Sequence record: SRR31147125_12107
Length of the DNA: 36,012 nt
Direction: 5' to 3' (one strand)
Shown: piece after piece, positions 9,237 to 20,534 of the stretch
How the letters are laid out: each line of letters opens with the position of its first letter
How positions within the stretch are numbered: the first letter of the stretch is position 1
Notes under the pieces: model-generated
Databases searched by the model: none
What the model was told of the DNA's origin: nothing
The model's input: the letters and a program-made list of their open reading frames with translations, nothing else
Position numbers and translations under genes: made by a program

Positions 9237-10399
9237 TTACCTGAAATTGCTTTTGTGAAAATTCGTGCCAGATAACTCATCCAAACAACGATGATAAATA
9301 TCCTCATTTTGCTTTATCATTCGTTCCATTGTAAATTTTTTATCGACCGTTTCCCGTGCTGTCACTGCCAACCGGTCCCGCAATTCCCGATTTTTAAGGA
9401 GTGTACTCACAGCCGTTACAAGTTGCGGAACATTTTCTGGTTGCACTAAAAGTCCATTCACACCATCTTGGACAATATCCAGGATTCCATCACTTTTGCA
9501 GGAAATAACAGGTAATCCCGCTGCCATAGCTTCAATCAAAACCAGCCCAAATGCTTCCGCTCTGGATGGAAAAGTGAAAATATCCATGGCCGAAAGAAGT
9601 GCCGGAATGTCCTTTCGAAATCCGGTAAAAATTAATTTTTCCTCAAGGTTAATTTGTTTGGCGATATTATAAATCTTTTCTGCCCTGAATTCTTCACCTC
9701 GGGTTGGTTCACCAACAATGACAAAACGACTTTTCGGGAAAAGGGACGAAATTTCTTTTGCCATGTGCAGAAATTCCAAATGTCCTTTTCCTTCTTGTAA
9801 TCTACCAATTATCCCTATGAGAATATGGTTTGGCTCCAGACCCAACTCAGCCCTGATTTGTGCCCGACTGGTTTCTAAATTATTAAAAAGAGTTAAATCC
9901 AGGCCATGATGAATGATGCTCAGCCTATCCGGCGTTATAGGATGCGTTTCTAACAGATTGTCCGCGATCACCTTTGATATAGCAATAGTATGGGAAATTC
10001 GTCCATAGATAAACTTGTGGAATGGATCCTTTTTGGGCTTCTGCGTTCCAATGTGTTTTATAAATATAACGGGTATTTTACGAAAAAATGCGGCAGCAGG
10101 TGTAATCGTCCACAAATCCCTGGAATAATGGGCGTGAATGATATCAAACGAGTTCTTTTTTAATAATCTTATCAACCCCAGAGTCGCTGATATATCAAGA
10201 TACCCTTTAGGTGCAAAATGATATGTAGTTATGTTTTTACTCTTCAAATCCAGGTCCAGAGCGCTGCCATGAGCACACAAAACCTCGATAACATGACCTT
10301 TTTTTCAAGCTGTTCAGCCAATACACTAACATGCATTTCCATACCGCCCCAGGAAGCTGAAGAGCAAATCTGTAATATTTTTAATGGACGTGAAAACAT
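9237..10399 (-). CDS. Glycosyltransferase family 4 (split at an A7 run, 10299-10305)
   Basis: The N-terminus MFSRPLKILQICSSASWGGMEMH joins GHVIEVLC after one added A. C-terminal motifs GRLQEGKG and EAFGLVLIEAMAAG. Confidence 0.9.
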
Positions 10400-10481
10400 A
10401 TTATCTTTTAGGCTAAATGTAAAATATTTAAATTTGGAGGTAATACAGCAGGATACGAATATTTCGTCAAAAAAACCAGAG

Positions 10482-11066
10482 CTACGGGTGATATAGTTTA
10501 CGTGCGTAAATAAATTGTTCAACACTTGAAGGTACTAAATACCGAATACTTTTACCATCTTTGATTAATCCTCTTATCTCTGATGAAGAAATTTGTAACA
10601 GAGGCGTATTGACGATGATACAATCCTGAACCAGTTTCACATGTTCATTCAGTTCATACTGTGGCCGCTTAACAACAACAATTTTGCACAGTTCCAATAT
10701 TCTTTGAGTATGTCGCCAATTGTGAAAATCCAATACATTATCTGCACCGATTATCACGAAAAGTTCATCCCGGCTTAAACAATAGTGAGTTGATAAACTT
10801 TCCAAAGTATCAATCGTATACGAAATATCTCCCCGTTTTAATTCCAGGTCCGAGACAAAAAAATTATCATGGGTCTTTGTTGCGAGTTTCAGCATGTCAT
10901 AACGTAATTGACCATCCGTCACACGGTATGAACTTTTATGAGGAGGGATAAAACAGGGCATAAAGACAAGTTTGTCCAGATGCAGCTCTTCCTGCACTTT
11001 ATCAGCGATGATCAAATGAGCTAAATGAACAGGATCAAACGTACCGCCATAAAGACCTAATTTCAA
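10482..11066 (-). CDS. nadD: Nicotinate-nucleotide adenylyltransferase
   Basis: GGTFDPVHLAH, SYTIDT, IIGAD and ISSSEIR; GGGGAGG precedes the TTG start. Confidence 0.95.
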   Translation of the reverse strand: MKLGLYGGTFDPVHLAHLIIADKVQEELHLDKLVFMPCFIPPHKSSYRVTDGQLRYDMLKLATKTHDNFFVSDLELKRGDISYTIDTLESLSTHYCLSRDELFVIIGADNVLDFHNWRHTQRILELCKIVVVKRPQYELNEHVKLVQDCIIVNTPLLQISSSEIRGLIKDGKSIRYLVPSSVEQFIYARKLYHP

Positions 11067-11224
11067 TAATTATAACCTCCCCATAGATCAGATTTCTTTC
11101 TTTATACGCATACATGGTATAGCATCAAGGAATTTAGTACACCTGCAACATGAGTATAATCATACGGATACGCAATGAAAATGTATTATCTGTTTAGATA
11201 AACCTGACAATTCATCACGATCAA

Positions 11225-12016
11225 TTAAGGCTTGTCAGATTTGCTTAACTGGTTTGCTTCATCCTGAATTTTTTTTTGCAGATTTTCTATTTGTTCTTTG
11301 GCTTTATCTACGAGTTTATTCTGAGGATATTTTTCGATAAACGTCTTGAAGGCTTCAAGGGATTCTCTATAATTATGTAATTTACGATTACACTCTCCAA
11401 TTCCATACTGTGAATTTGCGGCATACACAGAATCATAATATTTTTCAAGGACCATATTGTAGTAAATTATAGCGGAAGTAGAAATACCCATTTTTCGATA
11501 TTGCTCTGCCGAAGCATATACTTTTCGAGCCAATTTATCCCGGGCTTCCTGCAATTTCTGTGTCACCTCTGAAACGAGAGAACTTGTATGGTAATCCTCT
11601 AAAAATTCCTGAAAATGCTGTACGGCTTTAAGCGTGTAAATCTGATCAAGTGAATACTTGGGCGACAATTTAAAATAACTCATCCCCACTTTATATTTAG
11701 AATCATCCATATACTCGGAATTAGGATAAACACGAATGAGTCGTTCATATTCACTGGCAGAAAGTATGTATTCCTTCATATAATAATGACACTCTGCAAG
11801 ATAGAACTGAGCTTTATCTGCTATCGTACTACCACTGTGACTTAGAGTGATAACACGAAACTGGGTTTTTGCATTATAATAATCCCCTTTTTCGAACATT
11901 TTTAAAGCTAAATCCATTCTTTCTTCCATGGGCAAATCAGGACGAATATTCTGAGAGCCACAAGAAATAATTAAAATAAATCCAGTTATTAAGACTAAAG
12001 TAAGTATTTTATTCAT
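11225..12016 (-). CDS. bamD: Outer-membrane assembly lipoprotein BamD
   Basis: Lipobox-like IISC, TPR repeats, YPNSEY, SPKYSLDQ and FQEFLEDY. Confidence 0.85.
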   Translation of the reverse strand: MNKILTLVLITGFILIISCGSQNIRPDLPMEERMDLALKMFEKGDYYNAKTQFRVITLSHSGSTIADKAQFYLAECHYYMKEYILSASEYERLIRVYPNSEYMDDSKYKVGMSYFKLSPKYSLDQIYTLKAVQHFQEFLEDYHTSSLVSEVTQKLQEARDKLARKVYASAEQYRKMGISTSAIIYYNMVLEKYYDSVYAANSQYGIGECNRKLHNYRESLEAFKTFIEKYPQNKLVDKAKEQIENLQKKIQDEANQLSKSDKP

Positions 12017-12057
12017 TTTCTTTCCGATTGTTATGCATTCCTTGGTTACCTGTTATT

Positions 12058-12705
12058 CTACTTGCTTCTGTATGAATAAAAAGAGTAGATAATTCCAGCG
12101 GTTATCGCTGATATAATAATGGGCTCAAACAAACTCCCAAACATCCCTGTGCTATTCTTTTTACCTATGGTAAATGAATAATTGGAATTTTCAACGAGTT
12201 TGATATCCTTTGAAGAAATAATATCTGAAAACGACTTTTCTGTTATGTTGGAGGCGACCACCTGACTATTCGCGTCAACACATTTAATTCCGAGTTCGCA
12301 TGTAATCAATCGCTCAATATTTGATCTGCTCAGCGACTTTTTGTCCCGATATTCAACCTGCAAAAGCACAGGTTCATATGTAAGATTATAAACACTCGTA
12401 GAACTATCATTCTGAGGCTTCTGGTACTGATAAAAAGCTTTAAAGCCTTTCTGTTGCGCGATATCTATTATTTGGTGCTCTATTAACCAGTTATATTCAA
12501 GTCTCTTTGTTGGCCTGTAGATAAGCGAGGCAGAATCAACCGGTTCAAATCCGGAAAGCGATTCATCAATTAATTGATAAAAAACCTCTTTAATAAGTTT
12601 GAGATTTGTTTCAGGTTCCTGTCCTGAATATAAATTCGGACAAAATCCAATAATACATAATATAAGAATTTTATTTAAAATTTTCACAAATAGTTTAAAA
12701 TCCAA
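12058..12705 (-). CDS. Hypothetical protein with hydrophobic N-terminus and C-terminal TM segment
   Basis: 215-aa ORF co-oriented with its neighbours; ends in FEPIIISAITAGIIYSFYSYRSK. Confidence 0.65.
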   Translation of the reverse strand: MDFKLFVKILNKILILCIIGFCPNLYSGQEPETNLKLIKEVFYQLIDESLSGFEPVDSASLIYRPTKRLEYNWLIEHQIIDIAQQKGFKAFYQYQKPQNDSSTSVYNLTYEPVLLQVEYRDKKSLSRSNIERLITCELGIKCVDANSQVVASNITEKSFSDIISSKDIKLVENSNYSFTIGKKNSTGMFGSLFEPIIISAITAGIIYSFYSYRSK

Positions 12706-12784
12706 ATATAAAAGTCCGGATTTTTAAATTAATAAAAGTGGGCAAATTTTGTAAAATTTTACGTATTTCAGCTCTAATAGTTCC

Positions 12785-13879
12785 TTAAATTCGGATCGTC
12801 ATGGATAAAAAATGAGAATAGTTCAATTTATTATCGACATCTTTGATTTGCAAACCATAATTTAAAAAAAATTCTCTTAAATAGATAGTATTTATCGTTT
12901 GATCGAATAAATTTCCACCCAATAAGCTCAACCCAAATGAATAAACATTATTCTTCTTTTCTTCATTAAAATAGCCGATCCGTACAGCCAGAGACGACCA
13001 TGGGGAAAACTCGGCTCCGGTATGTAATTCACTAATAACTTCTTTTTCTTCATCAGATACATTTTTAACATCAGCGCTGAAAAGCCAGCTATTCGTGGGA
13101 TTGAATGAAATACCAACATTTATAGTTTCATCAACAAATCTGTGCTGTGTAAGAAATATATCTGCAACAGAGTTATTAAAATCAAAATAAGCGATTCCAA
13201 CGGTAAGTTTTTCATCTGGCCTGATTGCAACACCATAGGAGGTTCCAAAAGATCTTTTATGTGCAGAAAGACTATCTGCAGTAACAACAAATCCGGAAAC
13301 ACCAATAGAAATTTGTTTAGCCAACTGCAATGTTGTTGAAAGAGTACTATAATTCCAGTTTAACAGACCACCTGAATTCATAACTTTTTCATTTTTGTCT
13401 GCAAATGGATTGTTTGGCAGTTGTTCCGTTAAAATAAGTACAGTTTTAAAACCAGCATTAGAATAAGAGAATGACTTTGTAAAAACGCCCAATAAATTCA
13501 ACCAGTCCCAGCCTTCAAAAGAATCATCAACGCTCAGATCATTTTTATATCTAATGGCAGAAATCGTTTCCATAGGAGTTAATAACAAAGAAAATCTACT
13601 ACTTTTGCCTGCAGAAAAAAATGCAGACAAGGCAGGATTATAAACAGCACTGATATCTTTACCTACAACAGCTGTATAAGCACCTCCAAGCCCGATAGGC
13701 CGTGTATTCAAGGAGCTAAAGACAACGTGATCATTTGTTGAGGCGTTTAAAGGTTTATTTAATAGCAGGATACATAACAGACAGCTGATAATTATGTACA
13801 GATATTTAAACGAATATTCTGTGATTTTAAATGTTGAGTTTCTTCTCATTACATCTTTTAATAGAGTTTCATTAATCAA
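12785..13879 (-). CDS. Putative outer-membrane beta-barrel protein (PorV/FadL-like)
   Basis: Signal-like segment, RPIGLGGAYTAV and YNPA motifs, alternating beta strands, and LAVRIGY. Confidence 0.6.
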   Translation of the reverse strand: MINETLLKDVMRRNSTFKITEYSFKYLYIIISCLLCILLLNKPLNASTNDHVVFSSLNTRPIGLGGAYTAVVGKDISAVYNPALSAFFSAGKSSRFSLLLTPMETISAIRYKNDLSVDDSFEGWDWLNLLGVFTKSFSYSNAGFKTVLILTEQLPNNPFADKNEKVMNSGGLLNWNYSTLSTTLQLAKQISIGVSGFVVTADSLSAHKRSFGTSYGVAIRPDEKLTVGIAYFDFNNSVADIFLTQHRFVDETINVGISFNPTNSWLFSADVKNVSDEEKEVISELHTGAEFSPWSSLAVRIGYFNEEKKNNVYSFGLSLLGGNLFDQTINTIYLREFFLNYGLQIKDVDNKLNYSHFLSMTIRI

Positions 13880-13889
13880 AAAATCTTAC

Positions 13890-15468
13890 CTAATCGTCCA
13901 TTTTAAGATCAGACAAAGCCATTCTCCGTTTATCATTTTTTAGAATAGCCAACAAAAGTGATAATATAGCTATAATGGAGAAAATTTGTGCAAAAACATC
14001 ACCATATTTGGTATAAAATGTTGTAGAATGCCGCAAGGCAATGTCGCTTACAATCGTAGCTTCCTTAAATAGTCCTGTCGTCTGGTTCACCCGACCATAT
14101 GGATCAATGAAACAAGAGATACCAGTATTCGCACAACGAGCTATTGATATTCGATTTTCAATAGAACGAAAAACAGCAATTTGGGTGTGCTGAAAAGGCG
14201 CTGATGTTTTTCCAAACCACGCATCATTTGTAATAATTGTTAAAAAATCGACACCATTACTAACAAATTTTCGAACAAAATTGGGAAAGACCGATTCAAA
14301 ACATATTGGACATGAAAAAGTATATTGCTTTTTGGGTGTACCATTATGCCTTGTCGTTTCTTTGTCACTATTTTCATTGACCGTAAAAATCGTATACTCT
14401 TTACCGCGACTAAAATCCCCAATTCCAAGAGCCATATCGTACAAAGCATGTTTCAACAAATTAAATGGGAACATATTTTTATAAGGAACTCTTTCCGAAA
14501 AGGGTACCAATTTAAATTTGGAATAATGTTGGAGACGTAAAGAGAACGGCTCAATCAACATCGCCGCGTTAAAGTAAGAATAACGATTTTCCTCCTGATA
14601 TTTAAAATCAAGCGTACCTGTTAAAATGGGAATTTGGATAGAATCCGCCAGGAATCGCAACCTGCGTAGATAGGAAGTTTCATATCGCAGATAAAATGGC
14701 ATGGCCGTTTCTGGCAATACAACTATATCCGGATTATTGGGAACAGTTTTACGGATTAAATCTTCATAGATTTTAAAATTCTTTTCCTCTTGATTTTCTT
14801 CCCATTTTTCAAAGGGATCTATATTTCCCTGTAAAAGAGCAATTCTTAAAAATTTATTTTTCGAGGTGGCATTCTTCAAAACAAGACTACCGTGAATCAG
14901 TGGGGTCAGAATCCACAGTAAAATAAGTCCTGACAGAATGACTCGCATCTTTAGATAGGGGGCCTTTTTGTAATATAGAAACAGCAGGACATTTAATGTG
15001 ACAACCCAAAAACTGACTCCATAAACAGAGGTGTATTCCGCATGCTGTATGAGTCGAATATAATAAGATTGTGAATATCCCAATAAATTCCAGGGAAAAG
15101 CAGTTTCGCCAAAAGATTGTAAATACTCAATGCTGGACCATAAAAAGGGAGAAAAAATAGGCTAATAACGAGAGACGCTGTAATAAAAATGTATGTAATA
15201 AAGCATAGATCGCCAGAAAAAAGGGCAAAATCAATAGAGCTCCGATGCAACCCGGTAACGTAACCCAACCTATCCAGAATAACGATCCAATGTCAATAAA
15301 AAGGCCTGTAACATAACCCCATCGAAAAGCTTCCTTGAGGGATTTTTCTTCCAATAAAATAAAAAAGGGGATCAGTGCCACATATGCCAAAATGCCTGTT
15401 TTAAATGGAGGCAATGACAATGCAAACAAAAGCCCTGTTAAACTTGAAAGCGCCAAATTCTTTTTCAT
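13890..15468 (-). CDS. lnt: Apolipoprotein N-acyltransferase (frame break at T-runs, 15142-15157)
   Basis: TM N-terminus, FPWNLLGYSQ, LQGNI, PETA, KLVPFSE, ICFES, TNDAWFG and ANTGIS. Restoring the T-runs gives YFFLPFLWSSIEYLQS. Confidence 0.93.
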
Positions 15469-15616
15469 TTGACGCCTGTCACAAGATGATAAAAAGAAAT
15501 TTCGAAAAAATTATATTTTTTCCACTTGCACTTTAGTATTGCAAAGTCGTTTTTACTAAACATTGACAAAAAGTCTGACTTTCCATGGAATGTAGTTGAT
15601 GATAAACGGATTCTAG

Positions 15617-16102
15617 TTATACCTGCTCATTCGAATTCTGTCGACGCAGATTACTTATCCGATCTAAAAATGACTGCAATATAAATGAAGCAGCTATTTG
15701 ATCTACTTTATGCTTATTTTTAGACGGAGATTTTCCCATCTGATGCATCGTCTTATGCGCGCTTATCGTCGTCCATCTTTCATCCCAGGCAACTGTGGGT
15801 ATTCCTGTTTTTTCGCGAAGAATATCAATAAATTCCTGTACCTCTACCCCTCGCTCACCGATAGTCCCGTTCATATTATAGGGCATCCCTACGACAATTG
15901 CAACAACGGATTTCTCACGGATGATTTCCACCAGTTCTTCCAGTACAGAATTTATCCCTTTATTCGCCAGCGTCTTTAAATTGCTGGATAGCGATTGCAT
16001 GGGATCACTGGCAGATAATCCAATTCGTTGCTGCCCATAATCTATACCCAGGATGCGGCCAACAGGATTCAAGTCTAAAAGTTCATGCCTATTCGTATTC
16101 AT
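15617..16102 (-). CDS. ruvX: YqgF/RuvX family pre-16S rRNA nuclease
   Basis: ILGIDYGQQRIGLSASD, VVGMP, WDERWTT and VDQIAASFILQ. Confidence 0.93.
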   Translation of the reverse strand: MNTNRHELLDLNPVGRILGIDYGQQRIGLSASDPMQSLSSNLKTLANKGINSVLEELVEIIREKSVVAIVVGMPYNMNGTIGERGVEVQEFIDILREKTGIPTVAWDERWTTISAHKTMHQMGKSPSKNKHKVDQIAASFILQSFLDRISNLRRQNSNEQV

Positions 16103-16139
16103 TGCAATTGCACTTTTTAAAAGGGCAAAGGATCCTTAT

Positions 16140-16475
16140 TTATTCTGCTTCGAGTTCCGAAAGTGGTTGTTTCAGGACCTCTTTTAATAATTTCCCAGCT
16201 TTGAAATGCGTCTTACGACGTGCCGGAACGTAAATTATTTCACCGGTTTTGGGATTACGTGCTTTTGGTTTTGGTTTTGTCTTTTTCACTTCAAAAACAC
16301 CAAAATCGCGAATTTCGATTCTGACTTCAGGGTCAGCTTCAGACATAAATTCTCTAAGTGATTGAAATACACCATCAACAATTTTTTCAGTGAGATATAT
16401 CTTTTCTCCAGCAATCCGTGCTGTTCGTTTTGAAACATCTTTTTTTGTTATAGTCTTTCTTCCTTCAATAGCCAT
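16140..16475 (-). CDS. HU/IHF-family DNA-binding protein
   Basis: TKKDV, IEIRDFGVF, ARNPKTGE and FKAGKLLK. Confidence 0.9.
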   Translation of the reverse strand: MAIEGRKTITKKDVSKRTARIAGEKIYLTEKIVDGVFQSLREFMSEADPEVRIEIRDFGVFEVKKTKPKPKARNPKTGEIIYVPARRKTHFKAGKLLKEVLKQPLSELEAE

Positions 16476-16642
16476 GAGCTTCTCTCCTTGCTTTTGTTGG
16501 TATTATCATAAACTCCCAAAGATACAACAATTTAAACAAAAAATCAAACAGAAAAATTGTAACAGCGTAATAAAATAGTAGGTTACTACGTTTTTTTTCG
16601 TGAATTCGGTAAAATACTTAACATTCTTGAAAAAAACGACAT

Positions 16643-18787
16643 TTATTCATTCAAACGACCTACGGAAATAACACCCCCCACTCTTCTGATCTTACTCATG
16701 ACTCTTTTCAAATGATCAAGATTGTAAACTTCCAAATTCAAGCTACAATTGACCAGCGAATTCTCCGAACTCATATTAACCCCAACAATATCACAATCAG
16801 CTGCGGCTACTGTTTCTGATATCTCGGATAACAGTTTGTTTCTCCGCTCCCCTAAAACATACAATCCTGCTAAAAACCGACTCCCATTCTCTACATCCCA
16901 GGATACATCTATAATTTTTTCCGGATCCTGCATTAAATGCTGCAGGTTTTTACACGAGTTTGTATGAATAACAATCCCACGACCCTTGGTTACGATACCT
17001 GTAATTGGCTCACCAGGCACAGGATTACAACATTTGCCGAATGAGATCATGATATTATCCATTCCTGCCACTCGAATACCACGGCTCGATTTGCGGGCTT
17101 TTTCGACAAATTTTTGAAAAACATTTTGATCGCTGGGCTCCCGCTCCTGCGAGGGAATAATTTTATTAATCAGGGCATCAATTTTGATATCCCCCCTGCC
17201 AAGGGAACCTAAAAGGTGATTTTTATCATTTAAATTAATTTTTTTCGCGATTTCATCCAGATTCAGAGTTTTTAACTTGATGGAAAACTTGCTCAAAGCA
17301 CGGATTAACATCTCTTCACCCAGGGCAACACTGTTTTCAAAACGTGAATCCCGAACAAATTTTCGTATTCTGGTCCGTGCTTTACTGGTGACAACGAATT
17401 TCAGCCAATCCTCATTTGGATTTTGATTGGCGGATGTTATAATTTCAATGGAATCACCACTTTTAAGTTGATAGGAAAGTGGCACAATCCGTCCATTTAC
17501 CTTGGCTGCCAGGCAATGCATTCCAACCGCGGTATGGACGGCAAAAGCAAAATCCACTGCTGTTGAATTAACCGGGAGTCGATAAAGATCTCCTTTTGGA
17601 GTAAAAACAAAGACCTCGTCCTGGAATAAATTTATTTTTAAATGCTCCATAAAGGAACTAGAGTCAACATCAGCTTCTTCCCAATCAAGAACCTGTCTGA
17701 GCCAGCTCATATGTTTATCAAGATCATCTTCCTTTGCCTGACCTTCTTTATATTTCCAGTGTGCCGCAATACCGTCCTCAGCAGTTCGATGCATTTTCTG
17801 AGTTCGAATCTGAATCTCGACTTTTCTGCCGTTCGGCCCGATTACTGTTGTATGTAAGGATTGATAACCATTCATTTTAGGGGTAGCGATATAATCCTTA
17901 AACCGTTCGTGGATTGGTGTATATAGCGAATGAACCGTGCCAAGTGCGTGATAACACTCTTCAATTTTATCGACTATAATTCGGATAGCTAATAAATCAT
18001 ATATTTCATCAAAGGGGACGCCTCTTTTCGTGATTTTATTAAAAATGCTATAAAAATGCTTCGGACGTCCTTCAAATTGTGCATTTATTTTATTCTCGAC
18101 CAGGGCTTTACGTATCGGCCTGGTCACTTTACGAATAATGTGTTCCCGCTCCGATCGGGTGTGGTCCACTTTACTGACAAGTTCGCGGTAGGTCTCCGGC
18201 TCTAAATATTTGAGCGATAAATCTTCCAGTTCCCATTTAATCTTTGCTAATCCAAGACGATGGGCTAGTGGAGCATACACCTCTCGCGTCTCCAATGCAA
18301 TTCTGCGACGTTTCTTTTCAGGTAAATACTCCAAAGTGCGCATATTATGCAATCGATCTGCAAATTTGATAAGAATGACACGAATATCACGAACCATGGA
18401 TAAAAGCATCTTTCGAAAATTTTCAGCCTGTCGGGCTTCAAATTCGAGTAACTTTAACTCGGATATCTTTGTAACGCCGTCTACTAGAAGCGCAATATTG
18501 CCTCCAAATTCCTCCTCGACTTTTTCGATAGTGATATCCGTATCCTCAGCAACATCATGAAGAATGCCACCAGCTACGGTTTCATAATCCAGCTTCAGGC
18601 CCGTTAATATCTTTGCAACCTCAAGAGGATGATCAAAATAGGGATCACCTGATTTTCTCAATTGATTGCCATGCGCCTGATAGCTGAATTCAAATGCCTT
18701 TCTCAATAATTCAACATCAACCGATTGATTATATCGGGCAATCCTTCTAATCAGGCCTTCTGAAACTTTGTGTGTTACTTGATCCAT
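16643..18787 (-). CDS. rel: Bifunctional (p)ppGpp synthetase/hydrolase (Rel)
   Basis: Intact HD motif (LHDVAED), ADRLHN, RFKD, GYQSLHT, EIQIRT, TGS (FTPKG), CC motif and ACT domain. Confidence 0.95.
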   Translation of the reverse strand: MDQVTHKVSEGLIRRIARYNQSVDVELLRKAFEFSYQAHGNQLRKSGDPYFDHPLEVAKILTGLKLDYETVAGGILHDVAEDTDITIEKVEEEFGGNIALLVDGVTKISELKLLEFEARQAENFRKMLLSMVRDIRVILIKFADRLHNMRTLEYLPEKKRRRIALETREVYAPLAHRLGLAKIKWELEDLSLKYLEPETYRELVSKVDHTRSEREHIIRKVTRPIRKALVENKINAQFEGRPKHFYSIFNKITKRGVPFDEIYDLLAIRIIVDKIEECYHALGTVHSLYTPIHERFKDYIATPKMNGYQSLHTTVIGPNGRKVEIQIRTQKMHRTAEDGIAAHWKYKEGQAKEDDLDKHMSWLRQVLDWEEADVDSSSFMEHLKINLFQDEVFVFTPKGDLYRLPVNSTAVDFAFAVHTAVGMHCLAAKVNGRIVPLSYQLKSGDSIEIITSANQNPNEDWLKFVVTSKARTRIRKFVRDSRFENSVALGEEMLIRALSKFSIKLKTLNLDEIAKKINLNDKNHLLGSLGRGDIKIDALINKIIPSQEREPSDQNVFQKFVEKARKSSRGIRVAGMDNIMISFGKCCNPVPGEPITGIVTKGRGIVIHTNSCKNLQHLMQDPEKIIDVSWDVENGSRFLAGLYVLGERRNKLLSEISETVAAADCDIVGVNMSSENSLVNCSLNLEVYNLDHLKRVMSKIRRVGGVISVGRLNE

Positions 18788-18822
18788 GGATTCTTACTTG
18801 GTTTCGAATACATTTATTACAT

Positions 18823-18851
18823 AAAATATAAATTTCAATTGCTTATGTCAA
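18823..18851 (-). promoter_or_regulatory. Putative sigma70 promoter of rel
   Basis: TTGACA-17 nt-TATTTT, about 35 nt upstream of ATG 18787. Confidence 0.55.
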
Positions 18852-19039
18852 GACTTCAAATTAAATTCATATATAAACCTGCACTAATTCGAAAACGTTC
18901 CTTAAAATTCAGAAACTCAAAATTTACAAAAAGTCATTCAATCAATAACTTTATTTATTCCAATATATTAAACAACCTAAAAATAAAAGTATTCCACATT
19001 AAAAGGGGATTCGTAAATTATTATGAATCGGTTATAATA

Positions 19040-20414
19040 CTAGAACAAGTCGGTTGACATGGTTGGAATATCAGGCTCAAAATCTTCCTTGTCTGCAAAC
19101 TGAACAAACTGTTTAACAAAAACGAGTTCGACTGTATCGGTAGGACCGTTTCTCTGTTTAGCCACAATGATTTCAGCAATGTTTTGTTGTTCCGGCTCCA
19201 CTTCGCCATAAAAAGCCGGACGATAAATAAACATGACCACATCCGCATCCTGTTCAATTGCACCAGATTCCCTCAAATCTGACAATAACGGCCTGCGCTC
19301 CCCCTCGGGCCTCAACAGCACGGGATAGCTGTGATAAGGATAATACAGGAATATCAAGTTCTTTTGCCAGCGCTTTTAATGACTGTGAAATCATAGAAAT
19401 TTCAATTTGCCGGCTCTCAACTCGCCCCACACCATGTATAAGCTGCAAGTAATCTATCACCAAAAGTCCGATATTATGCTCTGCCTTTAGCCTTCTGGCC
19501 TTTGACCGGACTTCCAGAATATTGATACCAGGTGTGTCATCTATAAAAATGGGGTGATCTGCTAAACGACCAACTCCCATACTTAATCTCATCCACTCAT
19601 TTTCAGGCAACCGTCCTGTACGCGCTTTATGAGAGTCCACTCTTGCCTCGGAACAAAGCATACGCATGGCTAACTGTACTGAGGACATTTCCAGGCTAAA
19701 TACTCCAACCGGGACACCGGCTCTGGCGGCATTTTGGGCTATATTCAATGCAAATGCTGTCTTTCCCATGGAAGGTCTTGCGGCCAAAATGATAAGTTCG
19801 GATTTTTGCAGCCCTGAAAGCAGCTCATCCATTGCTTTAAAACCCGTGGGAACACCGGTAATACCTCCTGAACGTCCATGATAACTTTCATACGTTTCCA
19901 TGGTCTTCATGAGAACCGGTTTTATGTGACTGAAATCCTTTTTATGCTTTCTTTCGGAAAGCTCAAATATTTTTCGTTCCGCACGGTCAACAATATCATG
20001 CGATTCTTCTGCTGCTTCATAGCAGTCTTGCTGGATCTCTGAGGAAACAGATATCATCTTTCTCAGGATCGCTTTATCCAGAACGATCTCACAATAATGT
20101 TCTATATTCGCTGCTGAGGGAATGCGCTCAACAAGCTCTGTAAGGTAATACCTGTCTCCAACCGCTGCAAGCTCATTGCTTTTTTCCAGCTCGTTGGAGA
20201 CGGTCAATACGTCAATTGGTTCATTGCGCATATACAAACTCATTGCAGCAATGTAAATCTTTCTATGAGCTTCTTTGTAAAAACATGTATCGTCTAAATA
20301 CTCAAGCGCTGTACTTGCAGCCTGGGATTCAATCATCATGGAACCCAGTACTGCTATCTCAGCCTCCAATGCCTGTGGAGGCATACGAGCTATTATATCA
20401 TCTGATTTAGCCAT
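19040..20414 (-). CDS. dnaB: Replicative DNA helicase (frame break at a G5 run near 19302)
   Basis: [27 protein letters not shown] and SQLSR, then [18 protein letters not shown] and AKQRNGP in the next frame. Confidence 0.95.
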
Positions 20415-20534
20415 TATTTACCCATGTTAACAATTAATCTTTTCCTGAATATATGAAAGCCTCTGCTTACCTGAAACTGGTGATAGCGATCTGAATGGGA
20501 CAATTAATAATGATGCCACTTTTGAAATTGATCG

